Assembly (NCBI GenBank): GCA_963720755.1
Contig: CAVRGP010000011.1
Coordinates: forward strand, 32,001-96,000
Reading direction: 5' to 3'
Source: an uncultured Chloroflexia bacterium
Lineage (GTDB): Bacteria > Chloroflexota > Limnocylindria > Limnocylindrales > CSP1-4
DNA length: 64,000 nucleotides
Below are positions 1 to 9,335 of the stretch, piece by piece. The notes under the pieces were generated by a model. It was not told the DNA's origin, did not search any database, and worked only from the letters and a program-made list of their open reading frames with translations. How positions within the stretch are numbered: position 1 is the first letter of the stretch; every line of letters starts with the position of its first letter. Made by a program: the position numbers and the translations under genes.

Positions 1-2
1 AG

Positions 3-2222
3 GCCCACGGCTACGTGTCGCTCATCCGAAGTGGCGAATATGAGAAGGCGTTCCAGCTCGTCCTCGACGCGACGCCGTTGGTCGGCACGCTCGGACGGGC
101 CTGCTATGCGCCGTGCGAGGTCGATTGCACCCGTGGCTCGCTCGAAGGGCCGCTGCCGATCCGACGGCTCAAGCGGTTCATCGCCGACGAGCACTACGAG
201 CGCTATGACGGTCCAGGCGTCGAGATCCCGGAGCCGAACGGCCACCGCATCGCGATCATCGGTTCGGGACCGGCCGGCCTGACCGCGGCCTGGCAGCTGG
301 CCCGCAAGGGTTATGGCGTGAAGATCCTCGAATCGGCGCCCAAGCCCGGCGGCTTCCTTCGCCTGGCCATCCCCGCCTACCGCCTCCCGACCGAGGTCGT
401 GGAGCGGGACATCTCCAACGTGACCGCGCTCGGTGTCGAGATCGCCGTGGACTCTCCGGTCGAGGACCTCGAGGGTCTCCACGACGACGGGTACGACGCC
501 GTGCTCGTCGCGACCGGGACGCCACTGTCGACCCGGATGGGCGTCCCCGGCGACCAGCTCGATGGCGTCCTGAGTGGCGTCTCCTTCCTCCGGGCGGTGA
601 AGCTCGGCGAGGGGGTCGACCTGCGCGATCGCAAGGTCGTCGTCATCGGTGGCGGCAACGTCGCCATGGATACCGCCCGGACCGCTAGGCGGATGGGTGC
701 CCGAGATGTCACCGTCGTCTACCGACGGACCCGTGCCGAGATGCCCGCCCACCATGTCGAGGCGGACGACACCGAAAAGGAAGGCGCCGGGTTCGTCTTC
801 CAGGCCGCACCGGTCGCCGTGATCGACGACGGCAACGGAGCGACCCGTGCCCTCCGCTGCACCAGGATGGCCGCCGGCGCCCCGGATGCCTCCGGCCGAA
901 GCCGGCCGGAACCGATCCCGGGCAGCGAGTTCGAGATCGACTGTGACGTGATCATCACGGCCATCGGGATGGCGCCCGACGCGGCTGCATTCGGCGGCCA
1001 GGTCCGGGCGAACGCGAACGGATCGATCGTCGTGGACGAGCGAACCCTCCAGACCGATGTGCCCTGGCTATTCGCCGCCGGGGACGTCGTGTCCGGCGCC
1101 TCGGACATCACCCGAGCGACCGGCCAGGGCCGGCGCGCGGCGTTCATGATCGACCGCTGGATCCAGGATCGCACCCTGGATGGGACCGAGGACTTCGACC
1201 TTCGCCTTCCGGTCGTCGACAAGGAAGCGGTACTGGCCCGACAGCAGGCTTACCGGCTGGCGCTGGCGGCCGATCCGAGCGAAGTCATCAGCCCTGCGCC
1301 GACCGACTTCCGCGAGGTCGAGCTGCCGATGACCGAGGCCGAGGCGCGCTATGGCGCCGGTCTCTGCCTGGACTGTGGCGTGTGCTCTGAATGTGGCGAG
1401 TGCGTCGACGCCTGCCCGGTCGACGACTGCATCGACCTGCGGGCGCGCGACGAGACGATGGATGTCGACGTCGGTGCCGTCGTCGTGGCGACCGGCTTCA
1501 AGTTGTTCGCCGCCGACCTCAAGCCGGAGTACGGCTTCGGCACCTTCAGGAACGTGATCACCGGCATGCAGATGGACCGTCTGCTCGCACCGACCCGCCC
1601 GTTCAACACGATCCTGCGGCCGGGCGACGGCAAGGTCCCGGAGCGGATCGCCTACGTCCTGTGCACCGGCTCGAGGGATGAGACCGTCGGCAACCCGCTC
1701 TGCTCGCGGTTCTGCTGCATGTACTCGATCAAGCAGAACCAGCTGATCATGGGTGCCCTGCCGATCGCCGACGTGACGGTCCACTACATGGACATCCGTG
1801 CTCCCGGCAAGCGCTACGACGAGTTCTACGAACAGGCCAAGGCCATGGGCGCGAACTACGTCAAGGGCCGGGTCGCCAAGATCACCGAAAAGGACAACGG
1901 CGACCTCATCCTCCGCTACGAGGATATCGAGCACGGCGGACAGCTCGTGGAAGCGGAGTACGACCTGGTCGTGCTGGCCGTCGGGGTCCAGCCCAACAGC
2001 GACGCACAGGCCCTCTTCCCGGAAGGCGGCCTGGCGACCGACGAATATCGCTACGTCGCGGAGACCGACGAGGACTCGAACCCAGGTCAGACCAGCATCC
2101 CCGGGGTGTACGTCGCGGGCGCCGCATCCGGCGCCAAGGACATCGCCGACTCGATCCTGCACGCAGGTTCGACGGTGGCGCAGGTAGCGGCCTACCTGGA
2201 GAGGGCGAAGGTGCCGGCATGA
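3..2222 (+). CDS. Large HdrA-like (HdrL-type) flavoprotein: GltD/NfnB-like NAD(P)H:FAD domain + ferredoxin + HdrA C-terminal part; 5'-truncated by window edge
   Basis: Frame open to window start; GRACYAPCEVDC, GSGPAG, GGGNVA motifs; CLDCGVCSECGECVDACP; HdrA motif CTGSRD..CSRFCCMYSIKQ; GAKDI. Confidence 0.85.
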   Translation, partial: AHGYVSLIRSGEYEKAFQLVLDATPLVGTLGRACYAPCEVDCTRGSLEGPLPIRRLKRFIADEHYERYDGPGVEIPEPNGHRIAIIGSGPAGLTAAWQLARKGYGVKILESAPKPGGFLRLAIPAYRLPTEVVERDISNVTALGVEIAVDSPVEDLEGLHDDGYDAVLVATGTPLSTRMGVPGDQLDGVLSGVSFLRAVKLGEGVDLRDRKVVVIGGGNVAMDTARTARRMGARDVTVVYRRTRAEMPAHHVEADDTEKEGAGFVFQAAPVAVIDDGNGATRALRCTRMAAGAPDASGRSRPEPIPGSEFEIDCDVIITAIGMAPDAAAFGGQVRANANGSIVVDERTLQTDVPWLFAAGDVVSGASDITRATGQGRRAAFMIDRWIQDRTLDGTEDFDLRLPVVDKEAVLARQQAYRLALAADPSEVISPAPTDFREVELPMTEAEARYGAGLCLDCGVCSECGECVDACPVDDCIDLRARDETMDVDVGAVVVATGFKLFAADLKPEYGFGTFRNVITGMQMDRLLAPTRPFNTILRPGDGKVPERIAYVLCTGSRDETVGNPLCSRFCCMYSIKQNQLIMGALPIADVTVHYMDIRAPGKRYDEFYEQAKAMGANYVKGRVAKITEKDNGDLILRYEDIEHGGQLVEAEYDLVVLAVGVQPNSDAQALFPEGGLATDEYRYVAETDEDSNPGQTSIPGVYVAGAASGAKDIADSILHAGSTVAQVAAYLERAKVPA

Positions 2223-3961
2223 CCGAGCAGGAACGGCGGATCGGGGTCTACGTCTGCCATTGCGGCGGCAACATCTCCGACTACGTCGACGTCGACCAGG
2301 TCGTCGCGGCCGCCCAGGGTGAACCCGGCGTCGTCGTCGCCCGCCAGATGATGTTCGCCTGCTCCGATTCCGGCCAACAGGAAATGGAGCGTGACATCGA
2401 GGAGCAACAGCTCGACGGCATGGTCGTCGCCTCGTGTTCACCGAAGCTCCACGTCGTGACCTTCCGCGGTGTGGCCAAGCGAGCCGGACTCAACCCGTAC
2501 GAGTACACCCAGGTCAACGTCCGCGAGCAGGCGTCGTGGATCCACTCGGACGACGCCCAGCAGACGACCGACAAGGCCATCCACCTGGTCAAGGCCGGGA
2601 TCGCCAGGACCCTCCTGACCGAACCACTCGAGCCCATCGTGGTCGAAACGACCCAGCGGACCCTCGTGGTCGGCGGGGGCGTGGCCGGACTGCGTGCGGC
2701 GATCGGCCTGGCCGACATCGGCCTCGGGGTCTTCCTCGTCGAACGCGAGCCGGTCCTCGGCGGCCGGGTCGGGACCTTCGGCGCGATGTACCCGACCGGC
2801 AAGAACGGCCGGGAGCTCATCGCCGAGCTGGTCGATGGCATCCGGCAGCGACCGTCGATCCGCGTCTTCACAGAGGCGGAGATGACCAGCAAGTCCGGGA
2901 CGTTCGGGAACTACGAGGTCGGGATCCGGGTCGGTGGAGCGAACCCGGAGACGCTGACCGTCGAGGTCGGCTCGGTCGTCATCACGACCGGCGTCGATAC
3001 CTACGTCCCCGAGGTGGGAGAGTACGGCTACGGCATCGAGGGCGTCCTGACCCTGCCCGAGTTCAAGGCCAGGATCGACGCGACGGACGGGCCACTCACC
3101 CATGCGGGCCGGCCGGTGCGGAGCATCGCCTACATCTACTGCGTCGGCAGTCGTGAACCGGCGGGCGAGCCGGGCGCGCACGAGTACTGCTCGCGCTATT
3201 GCTGCGCCGCGACCGTCGCCGCATCCGTCCAGATCGCGTCCCGCGACGCCGCCGTGCACCAGTACCACCTGTACCGGGACATGCGGACCTACGGCAAGTT
3301 CGAGACGATGTACACGGATTCGCGCAAGCTCGGGTCCGTCTACCTCAAGTTCGCCGACGACGCCCCGCCGAGCGTTGCCAGCGACGCGGCCGGCAACCTG
3401 CTCGTGACCGTCACGGACGTGCTCACCGGTGGCGAAGAGCTGACGATCCCGGTCGATCTCGTCGTCCTGGTGACGGGGATGATCCCCCGCCAGAACGAGG
3501 AGCTCAACAGCATCCTCAAGTTGCCGGTCGACAAGGACGGGTTCTACAACGAGATCCACCCGAAGCTCCGGCCGGTCGAAACGGTCGTCGACGGCGTGTT
3601 CATCGCCGGCGCCTGCCAGGGACCGAAGAATTCGAGCGAGAGCGTGGGCTCCGGACTGGCGGCGGTGACCCAGAGTGCGGTCATCCTCAAGAAGGGCTTC
3701 GCCGAGCTCGACCCTCTGGTCGCGGTCGTCGATACCGATGCCTGCACGGCCTGCGGCGTGTGCCTCGACGCCTGCCCGTACGGCGCCATCGACATGCACA
3801 CCGAGGGCGGAACGTCGGTGGCGGCCATCAGCGAGTCGGGCTGCAAGGGTTGTGGCGGGTGCGTCCCGGTCTGTCCGGAGAACGCGATCGACCTGCTCGG
3901 CTACACCGATGCGCAGATCACCTCGATGATCGACAAGCTCCTGGAGGTTTCGGTCGCATGA
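2219..3961 (+). CDS. hdrA: Heterodisulfide reductase subunit A-like (QmoA/B-like) FAD/Fe-S protein
   Basis: IGVYVCHCGGNI N-terminus, ASCSP, GGGVAG, YCVGSR..CSRYCC, GACQGPK, C-terminal 2x[4Fe-4S]; ATGA overlap with upstream gene. Confidence 0.9.
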   Translation: MTEQERRIGVYVCHCGGNISDYVDVDQVVAAAQGEPGVVVARQMMFACSDSGQQEMERDIEEQQLDGMVVASCSPKLHVVTFRGVAKRAGLNPYEYTQVNVREQASWIHSDDAQQTTDKAIHLVKAGIARTLLTEPLEPIVVETTQRTLVVGGGVAGLRAAIGLADIGLGVFLVEREPVLGGRVGTFGAMYPTGKNGRELIAELVDGIRQRPSIRVFTEAEMTSKSGTFGNYEVGIRVGGANPETLTVEVGSVVITTGVDTYVPEVGEYGYGIEGVLTLPEFKARIDATDGPLTHAGRPVRSIAYIYCVGSREPAGEPGAHEYCSRYCCAATVAASVQIASRDAAVHQYHLYRDMRTYGKFETMYTDSRKLGSVYLKFADDAPPSVASDAAGNLLVTVTDVLTGGEELTIPVDLVVLVTGMIPRQNEELNSILKLPVDKDGFYNEIHPKLRPVETVVDGVFIAGACQGPKNSSESVGSGLAAVTQSAVILKKGFAELDPLVAVVDTDACTACGVCLDACPYGAIDMHTEGGTSVAAISESGCKGCGGCVPVCPENAIDLLGYTDAQITSMIDKLLEVSVA

Positions 3962-4206
3962 ACGCCCCGAATCGCGAACTCCGCGAAGTCATCCGCGAAG
4001 AACCCGTCATGCGGGCCAGGATCCTCGAGTTGCTCGAAGCCGAGCCGAGGACCGTTCCCGAGATCGCCACGGCGATGGACTGCCCGACCCACGAAGTCCT
4101 GTTCTGGATCATGGGCATGCGCCGGTACGGCCGGGTCCGCGAGGTCAAGGGCGTGACCGACGAGGGCTACTTCCGCTACGAAGCCATCGGGAAGGATCCG
4201 TCATGA
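3958..4206 (+). CDS. Small winged-helix-like protein (82 aa) inside the hdr operon
   Basis: ATG 3958 overlaps hdrA stop, stop overlaps next ATG; RARILELLEAEPRTVPEIATAM HTH-like pattern. Confidence 0.75.
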   Translation: MNAPNRELREVIREEPVMRARILELLEAEPRTVPEIATAMDCPTHEVLFWIMGMRRYGRVREVKGVTDEGYFRYEAIGKDPS

Positions 4207-5387
4207 CCACCCTCGTCGACACCAACCTGCTCAACGATCTGCAGCGGTACGGCGCGGCTGACGTGTCGGCCTGCTTCAGCTGCGGGACCTGCACCGCGAG
4301 CTGTCCGCTGGTCAGCAACGACGCCACCTTCCCGCGCCGGATGATCCGGTATGCGCAGGTCGGCATGCGCGACCGACTCCTCTCGAGCAAGGAACTGTGG
4401 ACGTGCTACGCCTGCGGCGAGTGCTCGGAAACGTGCCCGACCCAGGCCGAGCCGAGCGAATTCATGGCAGCGGCACGACGGTACGCCATCGCCAACTACG
4501 ACCGGACCGGACTTGCCCGGACGATGTACACGCGGCCGGTCCTCGGGACCATCTTCGCGGTCGTCCTGGCGGCGTTCTTCGCCCTGTTCATGTACGCCGG
4601 CCACGGCCCGCAGAGCGCGGAGTCGCTCGACATCTTCGGGTTCATCCCCGAAGAGCTCATCCACAACATCGGGATCGGGGTCATGGTCCTCGTCTTCGCG
4701 GCCGGCCTCGTCGGCGTGGCCACGATGGCCCGAGCCGTCAGCCGGGACGGCGGGGTCGGCCTGCGCTCGATGTTCGGTGGGCGTGCTGCCCTGCGGCGAA
4801 CCGCGGGCGCCCTGTGGACGTCCCTCGCCATCGAGACCCTTGGCCAGCGACGATATCGCGACGACTGCGATACGGATGCGGCCGAGCAACCCTGGTACCT
4901 GCGGCGGTGGTTCCTCCACGCCGCGACGATGTGGGGCTTCCTGGGCCTCCTGGCCGCGACTGTCCTCGACTACGGCCTGGCCATCGTCGGGATCAAGGCC
5001 ACGGGCACGCCGGTGCCGATCTGGTACCCGGTCCGACTCCTCGGCACGGTCGCCGGGCTGATGCTCGTCTACGGCGCGACGATGTTGATCGTGCAGCGCT
5101 ACCGCGGAACGGAGCGCTCGGTCCGCCATTCGACCGCGGCCGATTGGACGCTGCTTGCCCTCGTCTGGATCACCGGTGTCACCGGTTTCGCCCTGGAGCT
5201 CGCCCTGTACCTGCCGAGCGCCCCCGCCTGGGGATACTGGGTCTTCCTGTTCCATGTCGCGATCGCCATGGAACTCGTCATCCTCGCGCCGTTCATGAAG
5301 CTGGCGCACGCGGTCTACCGACCCGTGGCGCTGTTCTTCCTCGCCCTCGCGGGCACGCCCGCGGAGCCCGGACCCGAGAGTGCGTGA
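4203..5387 (+). CDS. QmoC-like protein: HdrC-type 2x[4Fe-4S] domain fused to a multi-TM cytochrome b domain
   Basis: CFSCGTCTASCP and CYACGECSETCP; about 6 hydrophobic helices; candidate heme His in RRWFLH, FLFHV, KLAHAVYRP. Confidence 0.8.
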   Translation: MTTLVDTNLLNDLQRYGAADVSACFSCGTCTASCPLVSNDATFPRRMIRYAQVGMRDRLLSSKELWTCYACGECSETCPTQAEPSEFMAAARRYAIANYDRTGLARTMYTRPVLGTIFAVVLAAFFALFMYAGHGPQSAESLDIFGFIPEELIHNIGIGVMVLVFAAGLVGVATMARAVSRDGGVGLRSMFGGRAALRRTAGALWTSLAIETLGQRRYRDDCDTDAAEQPWYLRRWFLHAATMWGFLGLLAATVLDYGLAIVGIKATGTPVPIWYPVRLLGTVAGLMLVYGATMLIVQRYRGTERSVRHSTAADWTLLALVWITGVTGFALELALYLPSAPAWGYWVFLFHVAIAMELVILAPFMKLAHAVYRPVALFFLALAGTPAEPGPESA

Positions 5388-5437
5388 CTGAAACCGTCCG
5401 ACCACGTCAACGACAGCACCGACCTAGGAGGTCTGAC

Positions 5438-5932
5438 ATGACCGCAAGCCTGCCCCAAGTCTCCCTCGAGCACCACGATCGATTGATGCACCACCTCGAC
5501 ACGATGCCCGCCGTCGGCGACCTGATCGGGACGGCGTCCGTCGCCGAGTTGCGCCCGCGGGTCGACGAAGTGGTGGCGTTCCTCGACGGCTTGCTGATCC
5601 CGCATCTCGAGGCAGCCGAGCGCACGCTGTACCCGGAGCTCGAGCGGATGCTCCAGAACCGTCACTCGATGACACCGATGCGCCGTGAGCACGGTGAGAT
5701 CCGGAAGCTCGTGGCCGAACTCGTCCAGTCGCAGGGCCAGCTCGCGAGCGGGACCATGACGACGAGCCAGACGATCGCACTGCGCCGGGTGACCTTCCGG
5801 CTGTATGCGCTGCTCAAGGTCCACCTCGCCGAGGAGCGCCTGTACGAGGCGATCATCGAGCACGGGGTGTCGGCCGAGGAAGCCGAGAAGCTGGCCGTCG
5901 CGATGGACCACAGCGGCATCACCGCCTTCTGA
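5438..5932 (+). CDS. Hemerythrin/HHE-domain protein
   Basis: AGGAGG RBS 5426-5431; EHH, HLEAAE, MRREH, HLAEE helical metal-ligand motifs. Confidence 0.8.
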   Translation: MTASLPQVSLEHHDRLMHHLDTMPAVGDLIGTASVAELRPRVDEVVAFLDGLLIPHLEAAERTLYPELERMLQNRHSMTPMRREHGEIRKLVAELVQSQGQLASGTMTTSQTIALRRVTFRLYALLKVHLAEERLYEAIIEHGVSAEEAEKLAVAMDHSGITAF

Positions 5933-5979
5933 CGTCAACCGCCCGATAGGGACTCGAAGCGCCTATGCTCTTGAGGCAT

Positions 5980-6438
5980 ATGGACGACGGATCGAGCAAC
6001 CGCCGAGGCGCCGGCAAGGACGGGTCGGGTCGCCTCGCATCGGACCTGGACGACGCGGGGGTCCCGGTCCATCGAGGCTGGGCCCCGCTGAGTGGACGCC
6101 ACCGCTGGATGGAGCCGTTCGTGCTCGTCCTGCTGGCCGGCGGCGGCTCCCACGGCTATGCCATGACCGCCCAGCTGGAGGAGATGGGGATCACCGGTGG
6201 TCCGGTCGATATCGGGCAGGTGTATCGAACCCTCCGCGACCTCGAGGCGACCGGTCAGGTCACCTCGTCATGGTCGACCGAACCCGTCGGTCCGCAGCAC
6301 CGTGACTACGAACTGACCGCGGCCGGGTACGCCGCGATCGACGCCTGGGCCGCGGTCATGAAGGAGCGCGCGAGGCTCATCGGCGAGTTCAACGCCAGGT
6401 ACCTCGAAGCCGTGACGACCCCGCGCCGGCGACGGTGA
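5980..6438 (+). CDS. PadR-family transcriptional regulator
   Basis: SHGYAM..GQVYRTLRDLE..W...GPQHRDYELTAAG; start 5980 (GAGG) or 5965. Confidence 0.85.
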   Translation: MDDGSSNRRGAGKDGSGRLASDLDDAGVPVHRGWAPLSGRHRWMEPFVLVLLAGGGSHGYAMTAQLEEMGITGGPVDIGQVYRTLRDLEATGQVTSSWSTEPVGPQHRDYELTAAGYAAIDAWAAVMKERARLIGEFNARYLEAVTTPRRRR

Positions 6439-6445
6439 CGGTCAG

Positions 6446-6937
6446 CTAGAGGGGTTCGGCGCTGGCATGGTCGATGCCGTGAGCCAGCCTGTCCTTCTCC
6501 TCCGGGCTGAGGTTCCGGTCCAGCACGCCCAGGTAGAGTTCCTCCTCGGCGAGGTGGACCTTGAGCATCGCGTAGAGCCGGTAGAGGACGCGCCGCAACC
6601 CGATCTGATCGGCCTCGGTCAGGCGCTCTTCCGCGACCAGCGCACTGTATCCGCACAACGATCCGAACAGGCCGCGCAGCCGGTCATGTTCCTGCCGCAT
6701 CGGCGCCATGGAGTGGCGCTTGTCCATCACTTCTTCCAATCGCCCATAGAGGGTCGTTTCGATCGCCTCCATGTGCGGCACGAGCCGTCCGATGATGAAG
6801 CTGCACTCCTGCTGGAAGGTCGCGGAAAACACCTCCGGCGTGACGTTGCCGATCATCTCGGCGAGTTCCGGAAGGCGGTCGACGTGCGGGTCGATCTCGT
6901 CGTTGTGTTCGTGGGACGTTTCTGGCAACGACCGCAT
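6446..6937 (-). CDS. Hemerythrin/HHE-domain protein, paralogue of 5438-5932
   Basis: Shares HSMxPMRxEH and LRRVxxRLYAxLKVHLAEExLY with the first copy. Confidence 0.8.
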   Translation of the reverse strand: MRSLPETSHEHNDEIDPHVDRLPELAEMIGNVTPEVFSATFQQECSFIIGRLVPHMEAIETTLYGRLEEVMDKRHSMAPMRQEHDRLRGLFGSLCGYSALVAEERLTEADQIGLRRVLYRLYAMLKVHLAEEELYLGVLDRNLSPEEKDRLAHGIDHASAEPL

Positions 6938-7017
6938 GGGTTCGCCTTCCGCTCCGATCTGGAACGCCGGGTGTGGCGCGCTCAGGTGAGTCTGTCGAAC
7001 ATCCCGGACGACGGGGA

Positions 7018-7033
7018 AGGGCCGTTCGGCCCG
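7018..7033. promoter_or_regulatory. Palindromic DosR/OsdR-like operator
   Basis: AGGGCCGTTCGGCCCG (GGGCCG-NN-CGGCCC) about 80 nt upstream of the hemerythrin start at 6937. Confidence 0.5.
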
Positions 7034-7059
7034 TAGTCGGTGGTCGCCAGGGGAGGGCG

Positions 7060-7575
7060 TCAGGCGGTGATCGCCGCAGGAACGCCGCCGGTCTCGAGCG
7101 ACCCTGTTCGCTCGAACGGGCCGGTGATGATGACTTCTGCGGTCTGCTCCAAGCCGCTCCCGTCCCGAACGACATAGGCGTGGTGGACGGTCGTCATCCC
7201 GCTCGACAGGGTGGCCCCGACCGAGCAGTACTTGGTCGCCGACAACTCGATCGCCCGGCGAACCGCCTCGACATCGATCCCTTCGCCCTCCAGGACGTGG
7301 GTCACGTCGATCCGGGTGAACGCGTTCGGGTGGCCTTCCTGCTGATCGCCCGTGGCCTCGACCCGGTACCCGGACACCGGCTGGCGCTTCTTGCGCAGGA
7401 TCGAGATGACGTCCATCGCGGTGCAGCTGGCCAACGCGATCGGGATCAGTTCGGACGGACGCATCCCGGCATCGCCGCGAGCGTCATCGAGGATGAATGC
7501 GTGCCCGCTCCCGGAACGAGCGCTGAAGCGAAGTCCCTCGCCTTCGAGGGTGATGGTGGCTGTCTTGGCGGTCAC
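7060..7575 (-). CDS. OsmC/YhfA-family protein
   Basis: AGGAG RBS + GTG 7575; RPSELIPIALASCTAMDV..KK and SATKYCSV two-Cys pattern. Confidence 0.85.
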   Translation of the reverse strand: MTAKTATITLEGEGLRFSARSGSGHAFILDDARGDAGMRPSELIPIALASCTAMDVISILRKKRQPVSGYRVEATGDQQEGHPNAFTRIDVTHVLEGEGIDVEAVRRAIELSATKYCSVGATLSSGMTTVHHAYVVRDGSGLEQTAEVIITGPFERTGSLETGGVPAAITA

Positions 7576-7612
7576 GTTTGGCTCCTGGCCTTCTGTCGCG
7601 GATCCGCGACGA

Positions 7613-8011
7613 TCATCGGATGGACTGGACGACCCGCTCGAGGCGGGCTTTCGCGTCCTGCGCCACGGTCTGGATGGCGGGGGCGCCGACGATGCCGAGG
7701 GCGGCCATGGGGTCCATGGCCTCGACGATCGTCTCACTGCCCTCCTCGCGGAGGACGACATTGCAGGGGAGGAGTGTGCCGACCGACGGATCGGCCTCGA
7801 TGGCGCGGTGGGCGAGCGGCGGGTTGCAGGCGCCGAGAATCAGATATGGCGCTTGCTCGATCCCGAGCTTGTCCCGCATCGTCGCCTGGACGTCGATCTC
7901 GGTCAGCACCCCGAACCCCTCAGCCTTGAGGGCGGCGACGACACGCGGCCGAACCTCGGCCACCGTGCCGTGGACGCGGGTCCCGAACGTGAACCCCTGG
8001 GTGGCCGTCAT
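7613..8011 (-). CDS. DUF302-family protein
   Basis: GFGVLTEIDVQAT..ILGACNP..LLPCNVV signature. Confidence 0.85.
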   Translation of the reverse strand: MTATQGFTFGTRVHGTVAEVRPRVVAALKAEGFGVLTEIDVQATMRDKLGIEQAPYLILGACNPPLAHRAIEADPSVGTLLPCNVVLREEGSETIVEAMDPMAALGIVGAPAIQTVAQDAKARLERVVQSIR

Positions 8012-8385
8012 CCGGCGAGCCCCGGTCGGGCGTTCGGACGGGCCTCCGATTCGGCCGAGGCATAGGCACGGGTGTGGGTCGTTGATCGTCGCTCGACGAT
8101 GCGGTGGACGATGTCGCAGGCGTCGAGGATGGTCGGCTCGGCGATCCGGTAGAGGATCGCGTTGCCGGCACGACGGCTCTGGACGAGGTCGGCGTGACGC
8201 ATGACCGCGAGGTGCTGGCTGGCGTTCGGCAGGGTCACCCCGATCCCGTCCGCCAGCTCGGACACCGATCGTTCGCCGTCGCGCAGGGCGTCCAGCATCA
8301 TCAGCCGTTTCGGGTCGGTCAGGACCTTGCAGAGCTCGGCGTGGAGCCGATAGCGCTCCGTCTCGGGATCGTGGTCTTCAGGCAT
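8008..8385 (-). CDS. ArsR/SmtB-family regulator with two Cys
   Basis: AELCKVLTDPKRL..SVSELA..ASQHLAVM..R.G...Y..ILDACD; leaderless (TAGGCT 6 nt before ATG). Confidence 0.9.
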   Translation of the reverse strand: MPEDHDPETERYRLHAELCKVLTDPKRLMMLDALRDGERSVSELADGIGVTLPNASQHLAVMRHADLVQSRRAGNAILYRIAEPTILDACDIVHRIVERRSTTHTRAYASAESEARPNARPGLAG

Positions 8386-8404
8386 GGGTCCAGCCTACAA
8401 CTAG

Positions 8405-8420
8405 TTGCGTGATTGCGCAA
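8405..8420. promoter_or_regulatory. Inverted repeat, probable ArsR operator
   Basis: TTGCG-N6-CGCAA just upstream of the arsR -10 element (8392-8397). Confidence 0.5.
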
Positions 8421-8603
8421 TAGACAGAATAGACGTGTTCAGGGTTGGTACGACCGGAAGGGCGGTCGGGACCATCGGATGACTCGGGTCCGGGTGGGCC
8501 CCGGGTAGTCTGGCCCGAAGGTGCCCTGCACCCGATGCGGAGCGCGATCCAGCGCACCGTCACGAGGCATCCGGCTGGACCGGCTACACGTGAAGGATGA
8601 TCG

Positions 8604-9335
8604 ATGCGCTTGACCTCACGGACGATCGTCGTCCTCGGCGCCCTCCTCGGGATCGTCATCGTCTGGTCGTCGGATCAGATCCTCCCGGCGACGTCGGCCT
8701 ACCAGGCCCAGATGCGGATCTGGCTGTTCGCGCGGGCGGCCGGCATCACCGCCTATCTCATCCTGACCTTCGTGATCGCCATCGGCCTGATCCTCAGTCA
8801 CCCGGTCAACAAGTCGACCTGGAAGCTATCCAAGTGGATCTTCCCGTGGCACGAGAACCTGCTCGTCTTCACCATCGCCTTCACCACCGTCCACATCGTC
8901 ACGATCCTGCTCGACCCGTGGGCGGGCGTGGGCATCGTTGGCGCATTCATCCCGGGTCTGTCGAGCTTCCGGAGCGTGCCGATCGCGCTTGGCACGCTGG
9001 CTCTGTACGGATTGCTGCTGACCGGTCTGACCGCTCGGTACACCCAGCTCCTGCCACGGGGCGTGTGGCTCAAGATCCACCGTCTGAGCATCGTCGTCTG
9101 GGGTCTGAGCTGGAGCCACGGCATCCTGTCCGGCACGGACACCGGCGGGATCGCCCCGCTGTACGTGGTGACGGGGCTGCTGATCCTGGCGTCGGCGGCC
9201 TATCGCTACTGGGTCGGCAAACTGGGGCGCCCGACCTTCGCGTCAAGCCTCCCTGCGACCAGCCCTGAATGGGGTCCCGCCGGATCCACGCCCGCGGCCG
9301 CGGTCGCGCTCGGATCCGTGGAGGTTCGTTCGTGA
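8604..9335 (+). CDS. Ferric-reductase-like (MsrQ-like) transmembrane cytochrome b
   Basis: ARAAGITAY, WHENL..VHI, WLKIHRL..SHGILSGTD four-His pattern. Confidence 0.8.
   Translation: MRLTSRTIVVLGALLGIVIVWSSDQILPATSAYQAQMRIWLFARAAGITAYLILTFVIAIGLILSHPVNKSTWKLSKWIFPWHENLLVFTIAFTTVHIVTILLDPWAGVGIVGAFIPGLSSFRSVPIALGTLALYGLLLTGLTARYTQLLPRGVWLKIHRLSIVVWGLSWSHGILSGTDTGGIAPLYVVTGLLILASAAYRYWVGKLGRPTFASSLPATSPEWGPAGSTPAAAVALGSVEVRS

Noticed and set aside
2219-4206. Sec read-through of TGA stops in the hdr genes
   Set aside because: Each TGA is part of an ATGA overlap at a natural protein end, and the catalytic positions are Cys
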